Of a stretch of DNA of 32,000 bases, positions 18,766 through 28,200 are shown piece after piece; within the stretch, counting starts at the first letter, position 1; the number at the start of each line of letters is the position of its first letter. The notes beneath the pieces were generated by a model that did no database searches, was not told where the DNA came from, and saw nothing but the letters and a program-made list of their open reading frames with translations. This DNA is from Halalkalibacterium halodurans (GTDB lineage: Bacteria; Bacillota; Bacilli; Bacillales; Bacillaceae_D): NCBI RefSeq assembly GCF_004376175.1, contig NZ_SNUY01000002.1:11041-43040 (forward strand). The letters are read 5' to 3'. Both the position numbers and the translations under genes were made by a program.

Positions 18766-19173
18766 CACTTAAATAAGTTAAAGCGAGTGTTCTGTGTGGT
18801 TATAATTGGAATGAATCTTATTGTTCTTTTGAAGATCAAGTGTGTTCGCCAAAAGAAAGATTAAGAGAGTATGATATATGCAAGATATCTGTTGTATGTT
18901 GTGCACAATTAATGAAATGTGTCTCACATATTCAATTCAATTATAAATCACGAAAGAAGAGAGAGTCTACAGAAAAAATGGACTTTTACGGGAAATTCAT
19001 GTAACAAAAACTGACGTAAGTCGAGGGATTTTTCTTAGGCTTTATGACTGTTCAACAATGAAAAAACAGGGTAAACTCTCTATGGAAACCTTTAAATAAA
19101 GATGTTTCTTTGGTTATTTTTATAAGTGGGAAATCAGCTTTAGATAAATGATCGATGCGAGGGGTGTAGAATA

Positions 19174-20712
19174 TTGTCAAAAATCGATATGTCGAAGTTC
19201 GAAAAGAAAATGATCTTGCGCAACATCCACGAGGACGACTTTGATGCCATCATAGCGATGCAACAAATTTGTTTTCCTAATATGGAGCCATGGAAACGCG
19301 AGCATTTAGAAAGTCATTTGAAAATATTCCCTGAAGGGCAATTTTGTGTTGAGTACGATGGTAAGGTGATTGGCTCTTGTGCAAGCTTAATCATAAATTT
19401 TGATGAATACGACGACCAACATACGTGGGACGAAATTACAGACAATGGTTTTATCACGAATCATGATCCAGAAGGGTACAACCTGTATGGAATCGAAGTG
19501 ATGGTTCATCCTGAATATCGGCGGATGAAAATCGGTCGACGGCTATACGAAGCGAGAAAAGATTTAGCTAGACAGCTTAATCTAAAAAGCATCATTATTG
19601 GGGGGCGTATTCCAAACTACTACAAACATGCAGATCAAATGACGCCCAGACAGTATGTAGAAGAAGTGATGATGCATAACATTTATGATCCCGTACTTAC
19701 CTTTCAAGTAATGAATGGCTTTACTTTAAAACGAGTGAACAATAACTATTTACAAGATGACAAAGCTTCGATGAAATACGCGACGTTAATGGAGTGGAAC
19801 AATATTGACTATCGTCCCAGTTCGCCGAAGCGTCAATTTAAGACTGCGTTCCCAGTACGAATTACCACCATTCAGTACGAGATGAAAAAGATTTCATCAT
19901 TTGAGGATTTTGCTATCCAATGTGAATATTACACGGATGTGGCTGCTAGCTATCAATCAGACTTTGCCGTTTTCCCAGAAATCTTTACACTACAGCTCCT
20001 TTCGTTTTTACCGGAAAAAAGCCCGAGCTTGGCGATTCGCCGATTAACCGAATTTACCGAAGATTATATTGAACTATTTACGAACTTAGCGATCAAATAC
20101 AACATTAACATCATCGGTGGTTCTCATTTCGTTGAAGAGGATGGGAAAATTTACAACATTGCCTACCTCTTCAGACGGGATGGGACGATTGAGAAACAAT
20201 ATAAACTCCACATTACACCAAACGAACGCAAATTTTGGGGGATTACTGGTGGCGATGAAGTACGGGTGTTTGATACAGATTGTGGAAAAATCGCGATTCA
20301 AATATGCTACGACATTGAGTTTCCAGAACTTGCTCGAATTGCCGTCGATAAAGGAGCCAACATTATTTTCACGCCGTTTTGTACGGACGACAGGCAAGGG
20401 TATTTGCGCGTTCGTTACTGCTCACAAGCTCGTGCCATTGAAAATCAAGTCTATACGGTCTTATCTGGTACGGTCGGAAATCTCCCTGACGTGGAAAACA
20501 TGGATATTCAATATGCTCAGTCTGGGATTTTCAGCCCTTCGGATTTCACTTTTGCCCGAGATGGTGTTGTTGGGGAATGCAGCCCGAATATTGAAACCGT
20601 CGTGGTAGGTGATGTGGACTTGGAAATTCTCCGCCGTCACCGAAGAGCAGGAAGTGTGAACCAGCTTCGAGATCGTCGCCATGATATATATGGCATACAA
20701 TACAAAAAATAA
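19174..20712 (+). CDS. yhcX: Bifunctional GNAT N-acetyltransferase / carbon-nitrogen hydrolase (nitrilase superfamily) fusion, YhcX-like
   Basis: The N-terminal GNAT domain has 'VMVHPEYRRMKIGRRLYEARKDLA'. The C-terminal CN-hydrolase domain has a visible Glu-Lys-Cys triad context: 'AVFPEIFT', 'YKLHITPNE', 'IAIQICYDIEFPE'. Size (512 aa) and architecture match my recollection of B. subtilis YhcX. TTG start. Confidence 0.7.
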   Translation: MSKIDMSKFEKKMILRNIHEDDFDAIIAMQQICFPNMEPWKREHLESHLKIFPEGQFCVEYDGKVIGSCASLIINFDEYDDQHTWDEITDNGFITNHDPEGYNLYGIEVMVHPEYRRMKIGRRLYEARKDLARQLNLKSIIIGGRIPNYYKHADQMTPRQYVEEVMMHNIYDPVLTFQVMNGFTLKRVNNNYLQDDKASMKYATLMEWNNIDYRPSSPKRQFKTAFPVRITTIQYEMKKISSFEDFAIQCEYYTDVAASYQSDFAVFPEIFTLQLLSFLPEKSPSLAIRRLTEFTEDYIELFTNLAIKYNINIIGGSHFVEEDGKIYNIAYLFRRDGTIEKQYKLHITPNERKFWGITGGDEVRVFDTDCGKIAIQICYDIEFPELARIAVDKGANIIFTPFCTDDRQGYLRVRYCSQARAIENQVYTVLSGTVGNLPDVENMDIQYAQSGIFSPSDFTFARDGVVGECSPNIETVVVGDVDLEILRRHRRAGSVNQLRDRRHDIYGIQYKK

Positions 20713-20755
20713 AGGGGGAAGAGACTGGGACAACACTAGCTAAACGTAATAAAAA

Positions 20756-20796
20756 AGGTTCGGATCATTTTATTTCGATGATCTGAACCTTTTTTC
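20756..20796. terminator. Strong hairpin terminator after the yhcX-like gene (A-run/T-run flanked, potentially bidirectional)
   Basis: AGGTTCGGATCAT (20756-20768), a 9 nt loop, ATGATCTGAACCT (20778-20790), then TTTTTT. It is preceded by AAAAAA. Confidence 0.8.
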
Positions 20797-21194
20797 TGTT
20801 TTATTTATGGGATCGTCTGTTGTTTGCTTGGCGTTTAGTGCCGTGATCTTTCGTAAGTTCACAGCTATGAAGGCAAACCCTCATTCATTTCTGACATTTT
20901 CGTTGCCCCTTACGGCCAATCGAGTGAAACGTATAAAAACTTTATCATATTCCCAACAGGTTGAAATCCTTACTTGTCAAAATCACGAGACGCCTGCAAC
21001 AAAAGCAAGAGTTGAAGATCCATTGGGGCATTTTCCCCGTCATAGCTGAAGCCTAATCCCGCGCAACAATCAATCCCATATAAAAAACACTCTTATTAAC
21101 TGTGTTTTGTCCCGACCTCCTCCTTTGCAAGGCCTACACAGAGGTAGGCAGAACGGCAAAACCGACGCTTTGCGCTTTTTAATGATTTGATTAA

Positions 21195-21776
21195 TTGCGT
21201 ATCAGACGCATGAAATTAAAAAAGATTGGAAAGGATGATGAGCGAGAAACTATTAAGGAGCGGGAGCGATTGAAATACGAACGCCAGCACATTCCAGTCA
21301 ATCACATAAATCTAGTTTTCATCATTGCTCTTATGGCTGTCATTGTTTCTAGTATGTTGATGACCGTTATGACAAAGGAGCAGCTGATCACCGATTGGGA
21401 AAAAGAAGTAGTCGGCCTGGAAGAAGGAGTTATGAGCGGTAAAGCAACAGATATTCACGTCTTTTTGTACGATGAAAACCGTGAACCAATCAAAGATGCC
21501 AATGTAAGTGTTACGTTCGATAAACCTGGGGCCGTTCATCAATTAAATAAAATTATGCACCATGTAGAAGATGGGCTTTATGAGACGGAAGTCATCTTTT
21601 CGGATGGAGGTCATTGGATTGGAGAACTAGCGGCTCAAAGGGGGCAAGAGATTTTTTACGATCAATTTCTTTTTGATGTACACGGTTCAGCCATTAGTGA
21701 GCAACATCGAGACCCTGACGATCACTTTCACTTAGGGGTAGATACACCAGAGCAATTGAACAATATGTCCCCTTAA
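21195..21776 (+). CDS. Membrane-anchored hypothetical protein with FixH/YtkA-like beta-sandwich domain
   Basis: It has a single TM segment 'LVFIIALMAVIVSSMLMTVM'. This is followed by 'IHVFLYDENREPIKDANVSVTFDKPG...MHHVEDGLYETEVIFSDGGHWIGEL', reminiscent of YtkA/FixH domains. The start codon is uncertain (TTG 21195 or ATG 21210) and no good RBS is present. Confidence 0.45.
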   Translation: MRIRRMKLKKIGKDDERETIKERERLKYERQHIPVNHINLVFIIALMAVIVSSMLMTVMTKEQLITDWEKEVVGLEEGVMSGKATDIHVFLYDENREPIKDANVSVTFDKPGAVHQLNKIMHHVEDGLYETEVIFSDGGHWIGELAAQRGQEIFYDQFLFDVHGSAISEQHRDPDDHFHLGVDTPEQLNNMSP

Positions 21777-21783
21777 CCTTCTG

Positions 21784-21812
21784 TTGACAGAATGCCGACA
21801 GACTGGTTAAAT
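21784..21812 (+). promoter_or_regulatory. Candidate sigmaA promoter of glpP
   Basis: TTGACA (21784-21789), 17 nt spacer, TTAAAT (21807-21812). Confidence 0.5.
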
Positions 21813-21854
21813 CGTTTAAAGCAAGATGTCAAAGAGAAAATAAGGGGATAAGGA

Positions 21855-22406
21855 ATGAGCGGATTTTTCGAACAACAACAAATTCTACCAGCTGCTAGAA
21901 CAACGAAGGAACTGGAGCGCTTTTTGGAGACGGAATACAAATACATCGTGTTATTAAATAGCCATGTGGCTCAGCTCCGCAGTTTAATGAGGTTAGTCAA
22001 AGCGAAAAAGAAACTTCTGTTCCTTCATGCTGATCTTGTCCAAGGATTGAAAACGGATGAGTTCGCTGCGCAATTTTTAGCCCAAGAGATCCGTCCCTAT
22101 GGGCTGATTTCTACAAGGAAAAATGTTGTATTGACAGCGAAAAAGCACAAGTTAGTTGCCGTGCAACGGCTTTTTTTACTAGATTCTCAAGCCCTTGAGT
22201 CCAGCTACAAGCTCCTTGAGATTACCCAGCCAGATTTTATTGAAGTGTTACCAGGCGTTATGCCCCATATTATTAAAGAGGTCTATGAACATACGAAAAT
22301 CCCGATCATCGCCGGCGGGCTTGTTCGCACAAGGGATGAAGTGGATGCTGCGCTTAGTTCTGGGGCGGTTGCCGTGTCCACTTCGAAAAAGGAATTGTGG
22401 AGATAA
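21855..22406 (+). CDS. glpP: Glycerol-3-phosphate-responsive antiterminator GlpP
   Basis: 183 aa. It lies immediately upstream of glpFK as in B. subtilis. GlpP blocks 'LHADLVQGLKTDEFAAQFL', 'GLISTRKNVV', 'VQRLFLLDSQALE' and 'IIAGGLVRTRDEVDAALSSGAVAVSTS' are present. Confidence 0.9.
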   Translation: MSGFFEQQQILPAARTTKELERFLETEYKYIVLLNSHVAQLRSLMRLVKAKKKLLFLHADLVQGLKTDEFAAQFLAQEIRPYGLISTRKNVVLTAKKHKLVAVQRLFLLDSQALESSYKLLEITQPDFIEVLPGVMPHIIKEVYEHTKIPIIAGGLVRTRDEVDAALSSGAVAVSTSKKELWR

Positions 22407-22442
22407 TGTAGAAGAATGCAAAAATTTTGCAAAAAACTTTTG

Positions 22443-22472
22443 TTGACAGCGTTTACAAACATGTGATTAAAT
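22443..22472 (+). promoter_or_regulatory. glpFK promoter (sigmaA-type)
   Basis: TTGACA (22443-22448), 18 nt spacer, TTAAAT (22467-22472). Confidence 0.55.
22444..22457 (-). promoter_or_regulatory. cre (CcpA catabolite-responsive element) overlapping the glpFK -35
   Basis: The minus strand reads TGTAAACGCTGTCA, which fits TGWAANCGNTNWCA at every constrained position. Confidence 0.7.
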
Positions 22473-22497
22473 AAAGGCAAGTTAATAATCCTGTGAC

Positions 22498-22566
22498 GGA
22501 GATTTGGAGATCAACAATCATTCTAACGAGCAAGCTTGTTAGAACATTTGTTGATCTCTTTTTTTC
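22498..22566 (+). promoter_or_regulatory. glpFK leader: GGAGATTTGGAGA element plus intrinsic terminator (GlpP antitermination target)
   Basis: GGAGATCAACAA (22506-22517) pairs with TTGTTGATCTC (22548-22558). There is an inner stem TTCTAAC/GTTAGAA, then T9. The 13-mer GGAGATTTGGAGA (22498-22510) overlaps the 5' arm. Confidence 0.8.
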
Positions 22567-22601
22567 GTCATCATTTTTTAAGAAAAAGGGGGAAATGAGA
22601 G

Positions 22602-23432
22602 ATGTCACCGTTTTTAGGAGAAGTAATTGGCACGATGATTTTGATTATTTTAGGGGGCGGTGTTGTAGCTGGCGTTGTTCTAAAAGGAACAAAGTCAGAA
22701 AATGGTGGATGGATTGTCATCACCGCTGCTTGGGGATTAGCGGTAGCAACTGCTGTCTATTGTGTAGGTCAAATTAGCGGGGCCCATTTAAATCCTGCAG
22801 TAACGATTGGATTGGCACTTGTCGGGGCGTTTGAATGGAGCCAAGTGGCAGGATATATTGTCGCACAAATGCTCGGTGCGATGATTGGGGCAACACTCGT
22901 CTTTTTACACTATTATCCTCATTTTAAAGCAACCGAGGATCAAGGTGCTAAACTGGCTGTTTTCTCAACAGATCCAGCGATCAAACATTTACCTGCGAAT
23001 TTTTTTAGTGAAGTGCTAGGAACGTTTGTATTAGTACTTGGTATTCTAGCAATCGGCGCCAATGAGTTTACCGAAGGATTGAACCCACTTATTGTCGGCT
23101 TACTTATCGTCGTCATTGGTTTATCTCTCGGTGGTACAACTGGCTATGCGATCAACCCGGCCCGTGACCTAGGTCCGCGAATTGCCCATTTCTTGCTGCC
23201 GATTCCAGGTAAAGGTTCATCCAATTGGAGTTACGCCTGGATTCCAATCGTCGGTCCGATTATCGGAGGGGGCATTGGGGCTCTAACATATGCAGCGCTG
23301 TTCGAAGGCATCGTCTACTCGGCTCTTTGGTTATTTTTAGCTGCGTTTGCTCTCGTTCTCCTATATGCTAGCTTCATAGAGAAGAAGCACGAGGCAAAAG
23401 GAAAAGGTCAACCGGTTGCAATGGCGAAATAA
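22602..23432 (+). CDS. glpF: Glycerol uptake facilitator (aquaglyceroporin, MIP family)
   Basis: Two NPA boxes ('HLNPAVT', 'INPARDLGPR') and six hydrophobic segments. AAGGGGGA RBS. Confidence 0.95.
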   Translation: MSPFLGEVIGTMILIILGGGVVAGVVLKGTKSENGGWIVITAAWGLAVATAVYCVGQISGAHLNPAVTIGLALVGAFEWSQVAGYIVAQMLGAMIGATLVFLHYYPHFKATEDQGAKLAVFSTDPAIKHLPANFFSEVLGTFVLVLGILAIGANEFTEGLNPLIVGLLIVVIGLSLGGTTGYAINPARDLGPRIAHFLLPIPGKGSSNWSYAWIPIVGPIIGGGIGALTYAALFEGIVYSALWLFLAAFALVLLYASFIEKKHEAKGKGQPVAMAK

Positions 23433-23439
23433 ATTTTAA

Positions 23440-24954
<1,515 letters not shown>

Positions 24955-24964
24955 ATATCAGATG

Positions 24965-25002
24965 TCCCTTAGAGCTTACTAGGTTCTGAGGGATCTTTTT
25001 TT
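24965..25002 (+). terminator. Intrinsic terminator after glpK
   Basis: TCCCTTAGA, an 11 nt loop, TCTGAGGGA (one G.U), then TCTTTTTTT. Confidence 0.65.
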
Positions 25003-25064
25003 CGTTCAAGATGTTCAGTGAACATGGAATCTATTTGTCTCCAATGACACGTTCAGGTACAATC

Positions 25065-25079
25065 ATGATGATGATGATG
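25065..25079 (+). repeat. (ATG)5 trinucleotide microsatellite in the ROK-gene 5' region
   Basis: ATGATGATGATGATG is read directly from the sequence. Confidence 0.95.
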
Positions 25080-25117
25080 AATCCTTATGTGTGGAATAAA
25101 TGAAGGAGAGGGCCAGC

Positions 25118-26341
25118 ATGCCAGTAGCAGGAAGCTTTCAATTAATGAAGTCTATGAATCGCTCGCTCATATTAAATACGATTCGTTTAGATGGGCCGAT
25201 TTCTCGGGCTGATATTGCGAAAAAAACGAAGCTGACACCTCCAACAGTAACGAATATTGTTGCTGAATTGATCGAGGAAAAGCTTGTTCGTGAGAGCAAA
25301 ATGGGAGAGTCTAGAGGCGGAAGAAAGCCTATTTTATTAACGATTGACGCGAAAAACTCCTTTGTGATTGGCCTTGATGTAGGAGGGTACCGCGTCCGTG
25401 CAGTGCTTACAGATTTAAATGGAGAAGTGGAAGGGCAAACAACGGTTGAGCTATCTTCTGACTTAACGGAAGAAACGTTGATCGATCAGTTGATAAAAAT
25501 AACTGTAACGCTTTTTGAACAGTGTAAGATGCAAAAAGATAAAGTAATCGGTATCGGAATTGGTATGCATGGGATCGTCGATCATCAAAGTGGTATGGCC
25601 GTGTTCGCTCCCAATTTCCAATTGACGAACATCGACCTGAAAACACCGTTTGAGAGCACATTTGATGTCCCTGTGTTTGTGGAAAATGACGCTCGTGCTC
25701 TTGCACTTGGAGAAACGTGGTTTGGTAATGGGCAAGGGATTGATCATGTCATTTGTGTAAATGTAGGTGTCGGAATTGGTGCGGGGATCGTATTAAATAA
25801 GCGTCTTTTTCACGGTGTCCACGGAATTGCAGGAGAGATTGGCCATACAACGGTTGATATTCATGGGAAAAAGTGCACATGCGGTAATTATGGCTGTCTG
25901 CAAACAGTCGCTGGTGGGAATATGTTAAAAGAACGGGCGATCCACGACATCGCTTCAGGACGAAAAACGATGCTTTTGGAAAAAGTAGAAGGCGACATGG
26001 ACCGCATTTCAGGAGAGATCATCCATCAATGTGCCTTAGCCGGAGATCCTTTATCGATCGAAATTCTTGAGGAGGCAGGAAAATACCTTGGGATTGGCAT
26101 TACGAACATCATCAATTTTATTAATCCAGATCGAATCATTGTCGGTGGAGGTGTTTCAAAAGCAGGTGATTTTGTCTTAGAGCCGTTACGAAAAATGGTA
26201 AAAGAGCGAGCGTTAACAGCAAAGGCGAGGGAAACCGAAGTAGTCACAGCCGAGCTCGGAGAATGGGGGACGGCGATCGGAGCTGTTACTCTTGTGTTAG
26301 AGGATTTATTTGCACCGATTTATCAAAACAGAGAAGCATAA
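25118..26341 (+). CDS. ROK-family transcriptional regulator (XylR/NagC-like: N-terminal winged HTH plus ROK sugar-kinase fold)
   Basis: N-terminal 'RSLILNTIRLDGPISRADIAKKTKLTPPTVTNIVAELIEEKLV'. The ROK zinc motif 'GHTTVDIHGKKCTCGNYGCLQT' is present. AAGGAGAGG RBS lies 7 nt before ATG 25118. Confidence 0.85.
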   Translation: MPVAGSFQLMKSMNRSLILNTIRLDGPISRADIAKKTKLTPPTVTNIVAELIEEKLVRESKMGESRGGRKPILLTIDAKNSFVIGLDVGGYRVRAVLTDLNGEVEGQTTVELSSDLTEETLIDQLIKITVTLFEQCKMQKDKVIGIGIGMHGIVDHQSGMAVFAPNFQLTNIDLKTPFESTFDVPVFVENDARALALGETWFGNGQGIDHVICVNVGVGIGAGIVLNKRLFHGVHGIAGEIGHTTVDIHGKKCTCGNYGCLQTVAGGNMLKERAIHDIASGRKTMLLEKVEGDMDRISGEIIHQCALAGDPLSIEILEEAGKYLGIGITNIINFINPDRIIVGGGVSKAGDFVLEPLRKMVKERALTAKARETEVVTAELGEWGTAIGAVTLVLEDLFAPIYQNREA

Positions 26342-26367
26342 ACCGTAATAAAGTAAGCGGTTTCCCC

Positions 26368-26396
26368 TTGCATTTTTTCCGATGAGCCAGTATACT
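26368..26396 (+). promoter_or_regulatory. glpD promoter (sigmaA-type)
   Basis: TTGCAT (26368-26373), 17 nt spacer, TATACT (26391-26396). Confidence 0.6.
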
Positions 26397-26419
26397 ATAG
26401 GTAAGTTAATGAATTGGTC

Positions 26420-26480
26420 GGAGATTAGGAGAGGCCACAACACTTGGTGATTGCACCAAGATGTTGTGGTCTCTTTTTTT
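26420..26480 (+). promoter_or_regulatory. glpD leader: GGAGATTAGGAGA element plus intrinsic terminator (GlpP antitermination target)
   Basis: GAGAGGCCACAACA (26429-26442) pairs with TGTTGTGGTCTC (26462-26473). There is a perfect inner stem CTTGGTG/CACCAAG, then T7. The 13-mer GGAGATTAGGAGA (26420-26432) overlaps the 5' arm. Confidence 0.8.
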
Positions 26481-26527
26481 CGATCCATTGGTAAAAAACG
26501 ACATCGTTTCAAGAGGAGGAGCGCACA

Positions 26528-28189
26528 ATGTTTTCAGCAAAGAAAAGAGATAAATGTATTGGCGAGATGAGTGAAAAGCAACTGGACCTTCTAGTCATTG
26601 GAGGGGGGATTACAGGTGCAGGAATTGCCCTTGATGCGCAAGTGCGAGGAATTCAGACCGGTCTTGTGGAAATGAATGATTTCGCATCTGGAACTTCAAG
26701 CCGTTCAACAAAACTTGTCCATGGCGGTTTACGCTATTTGAAGCAATTTGAAATTAAGCTTGTGGCTGAGGTGGGGAAAGAGCGTGCAATTGTTTATGAA
26801 AATGCCCCACATGTAACGACTCCCGAGTGGATGTTACTGCCGATTTTTAAAGATGGTACGTTCGGCAAATTTTCCACATCGTTAGGGTTGAAAGTCTATG
26901 ATTATTTAGCCGATGTGCGAAAAGATGAGCGGAGATACATGCTAAATGAAAAGCAAACACTTGAAAAAGAGCCGCTTCTCAGAAAAGAAAATTTAAAAGG
27001 TGGCGGAATCTATGTCGAGTATCGAACAGATGACGCGCGTTTAACGTTAGAGATTATGAAAGAAGCTGTTGCAAGAGGGGCAGTCGCCCTTAACTATATG
27101 AAAGTGGAATCATTCATATATGACCAAGGCAAAGTGGTAGGCGTTGTTGCGAAAGATCGATTAACAGATACCGCTCATACAATTTATGCGAAAAAAGTAG
27201 TCAACGCAGCAGGTCCATGGGTGGATACGCTAAGAGAAAAGGACCGTTCAAAGCATGGGAAATATTTAAAACTATCAAAAGGTGTCCACCTTGTCGTAGA
27301 TCAATCTCGTTTTCCATTACGACAAGCCGTCTATTTTGATACGGAATCGGATGGGCGAATGATTTTTGCCATTCCTAGAGAAGGAAAGACTTACATTGGC
27401 ACGACCGATACGTTTTATGATAAAGATATCGCTTCCCCGCGTATGACCGTGGAGGATCGTGACTATATTCTTGCTGCGGCGAACTACATGTTTCCTAGCT
27501 TAAACCTTACAGCTGACGATGTAGAGTCTAGCTGGGCAGGATTACGTCCTCTCATCCACGAAGAAGGAAAAAAGGCATCTGAAATTTCTCGTAAAGATGA
27601 AATCTTCTTTTCCGATAGCGGACTCATTTCCATTGCAGGCGGAAAGCTAACCGGCTATCGAAAAATGGCGGAGCGAACTGTAGATGCCGTTGCACAGGGA
27701 TTAAATGTGAACGAACCATGCACGACAGCAGCTATCCGTTTATCAGGTGGGCTAGCGGAAGGTGCGCAAGGATTCCCGCGCTTTTTAGACGAAGCGAGCC
27801 GGAAAGGGGCAAAACTGGGCTTTGACGCTGATGAAGTGAGACGTCTTGCAAAGCTGTACGGTTCAAATGTTGATCATGTGCTTAACTATGCTCATGAAGG
27901 AAAAGAAGAGGCAGAACATTATGGACTTCCAGCGTTGTTGCTTGGGCAACTACAGTATGGAGTGGAACAAGAAATGGTCGCCACCCCTTTAGACTTTTTT
28001 GTCCGGCGTACAGGTGCCCTGTTCTTTAATATCTCGCTGGTTCATCAATGGAAAGAGGCTGTTCTTCGTTGGATGGCGGAAGAGTTTTCTTGGACGGAAG
28101 AAGAGAAGACTCGATTTCAAAAAGAATTAGAGACTGAGCTAAAAATGGCTGTCGATCCACTGTTTCAAGTAGAGCCAACAACGGTGTAA
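26528..28189 (+). CDS. glpD: Aerobic glycerol-3-phosphate dehydrogenase/oxidase (FAD-dependent)
   Basis: FAD dinucleotide fold 'DLLVIGGGITGAGIALDA', 553 aa. It lies downstream of a GlpP-type leader. GAGGAGGAG RBS. Confidence 0.95.
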   Translation: MFSAKKRDKCIGEMSEKQLDLLVIGGGITGAGIALDAQVRGIQTGLVEMNDFASGTSSRSTKLVHGGLRYLKQFEIKLVAEVGKERAIVYENAPHVTTPEWMLLPIFKDGTFGKFSTSLGLKVYDYLADVRKDERRYMLNEKQTLEKEPLLRKENLKGGGIYVEYRTDDARLTLEIMKEAVARGAVALNYMKVESFIYDQGKVVGVVAKDRLTDTAHTIYAKKVVNAAGPWVDTLREKDRSKHGKYLKLSKGVHLVVDQSRFPLRQAVYFDTESDGRMIFAIPREGKTYIGTTDTFYDKDIASPRMTVEDRDYILAAANYMFPSLNLTADDVESSWAGLRPLIHEEGKKASEISRKDEIFFSDSGLISIAGGKLTGYRKMAERTVDAVAQGLNVNEPCTTAAIRLSGGLAEGAQGFPRFLDEASRKGAKLGFDADEVRRLAKLYGSNVDHVLNYAHEGKEEAEHYGLPALLLGQLQYGVEQEMVATPLDFFVRRTGALFFNISLVHQWKEAVLRWMAEEFSWTEEEKTRFQKELETELKMAVDPLFQVEPTTV

Positions 28190-28200
28190 ACATAAGAATC

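Noticed and set aside
20807-21049. 80-aa plus-strand ORF in the yhcX/FixH intergenic region
   Set aside because: There is no Shine-Dalgarno sequence. It starts inside the T-run region of the upstream terminator, I recognise no motif, and its composition is atypical. The region is kept only as an unassigned stretch in the findings.
22493-22777. 94-aa ORF spanning the glpFK leader and the start of glpF
   Set aside because: It runs through the leader terminator hairpin and overlaps glpF out of frame. The region is fully explained by the attenuator plus glpF.
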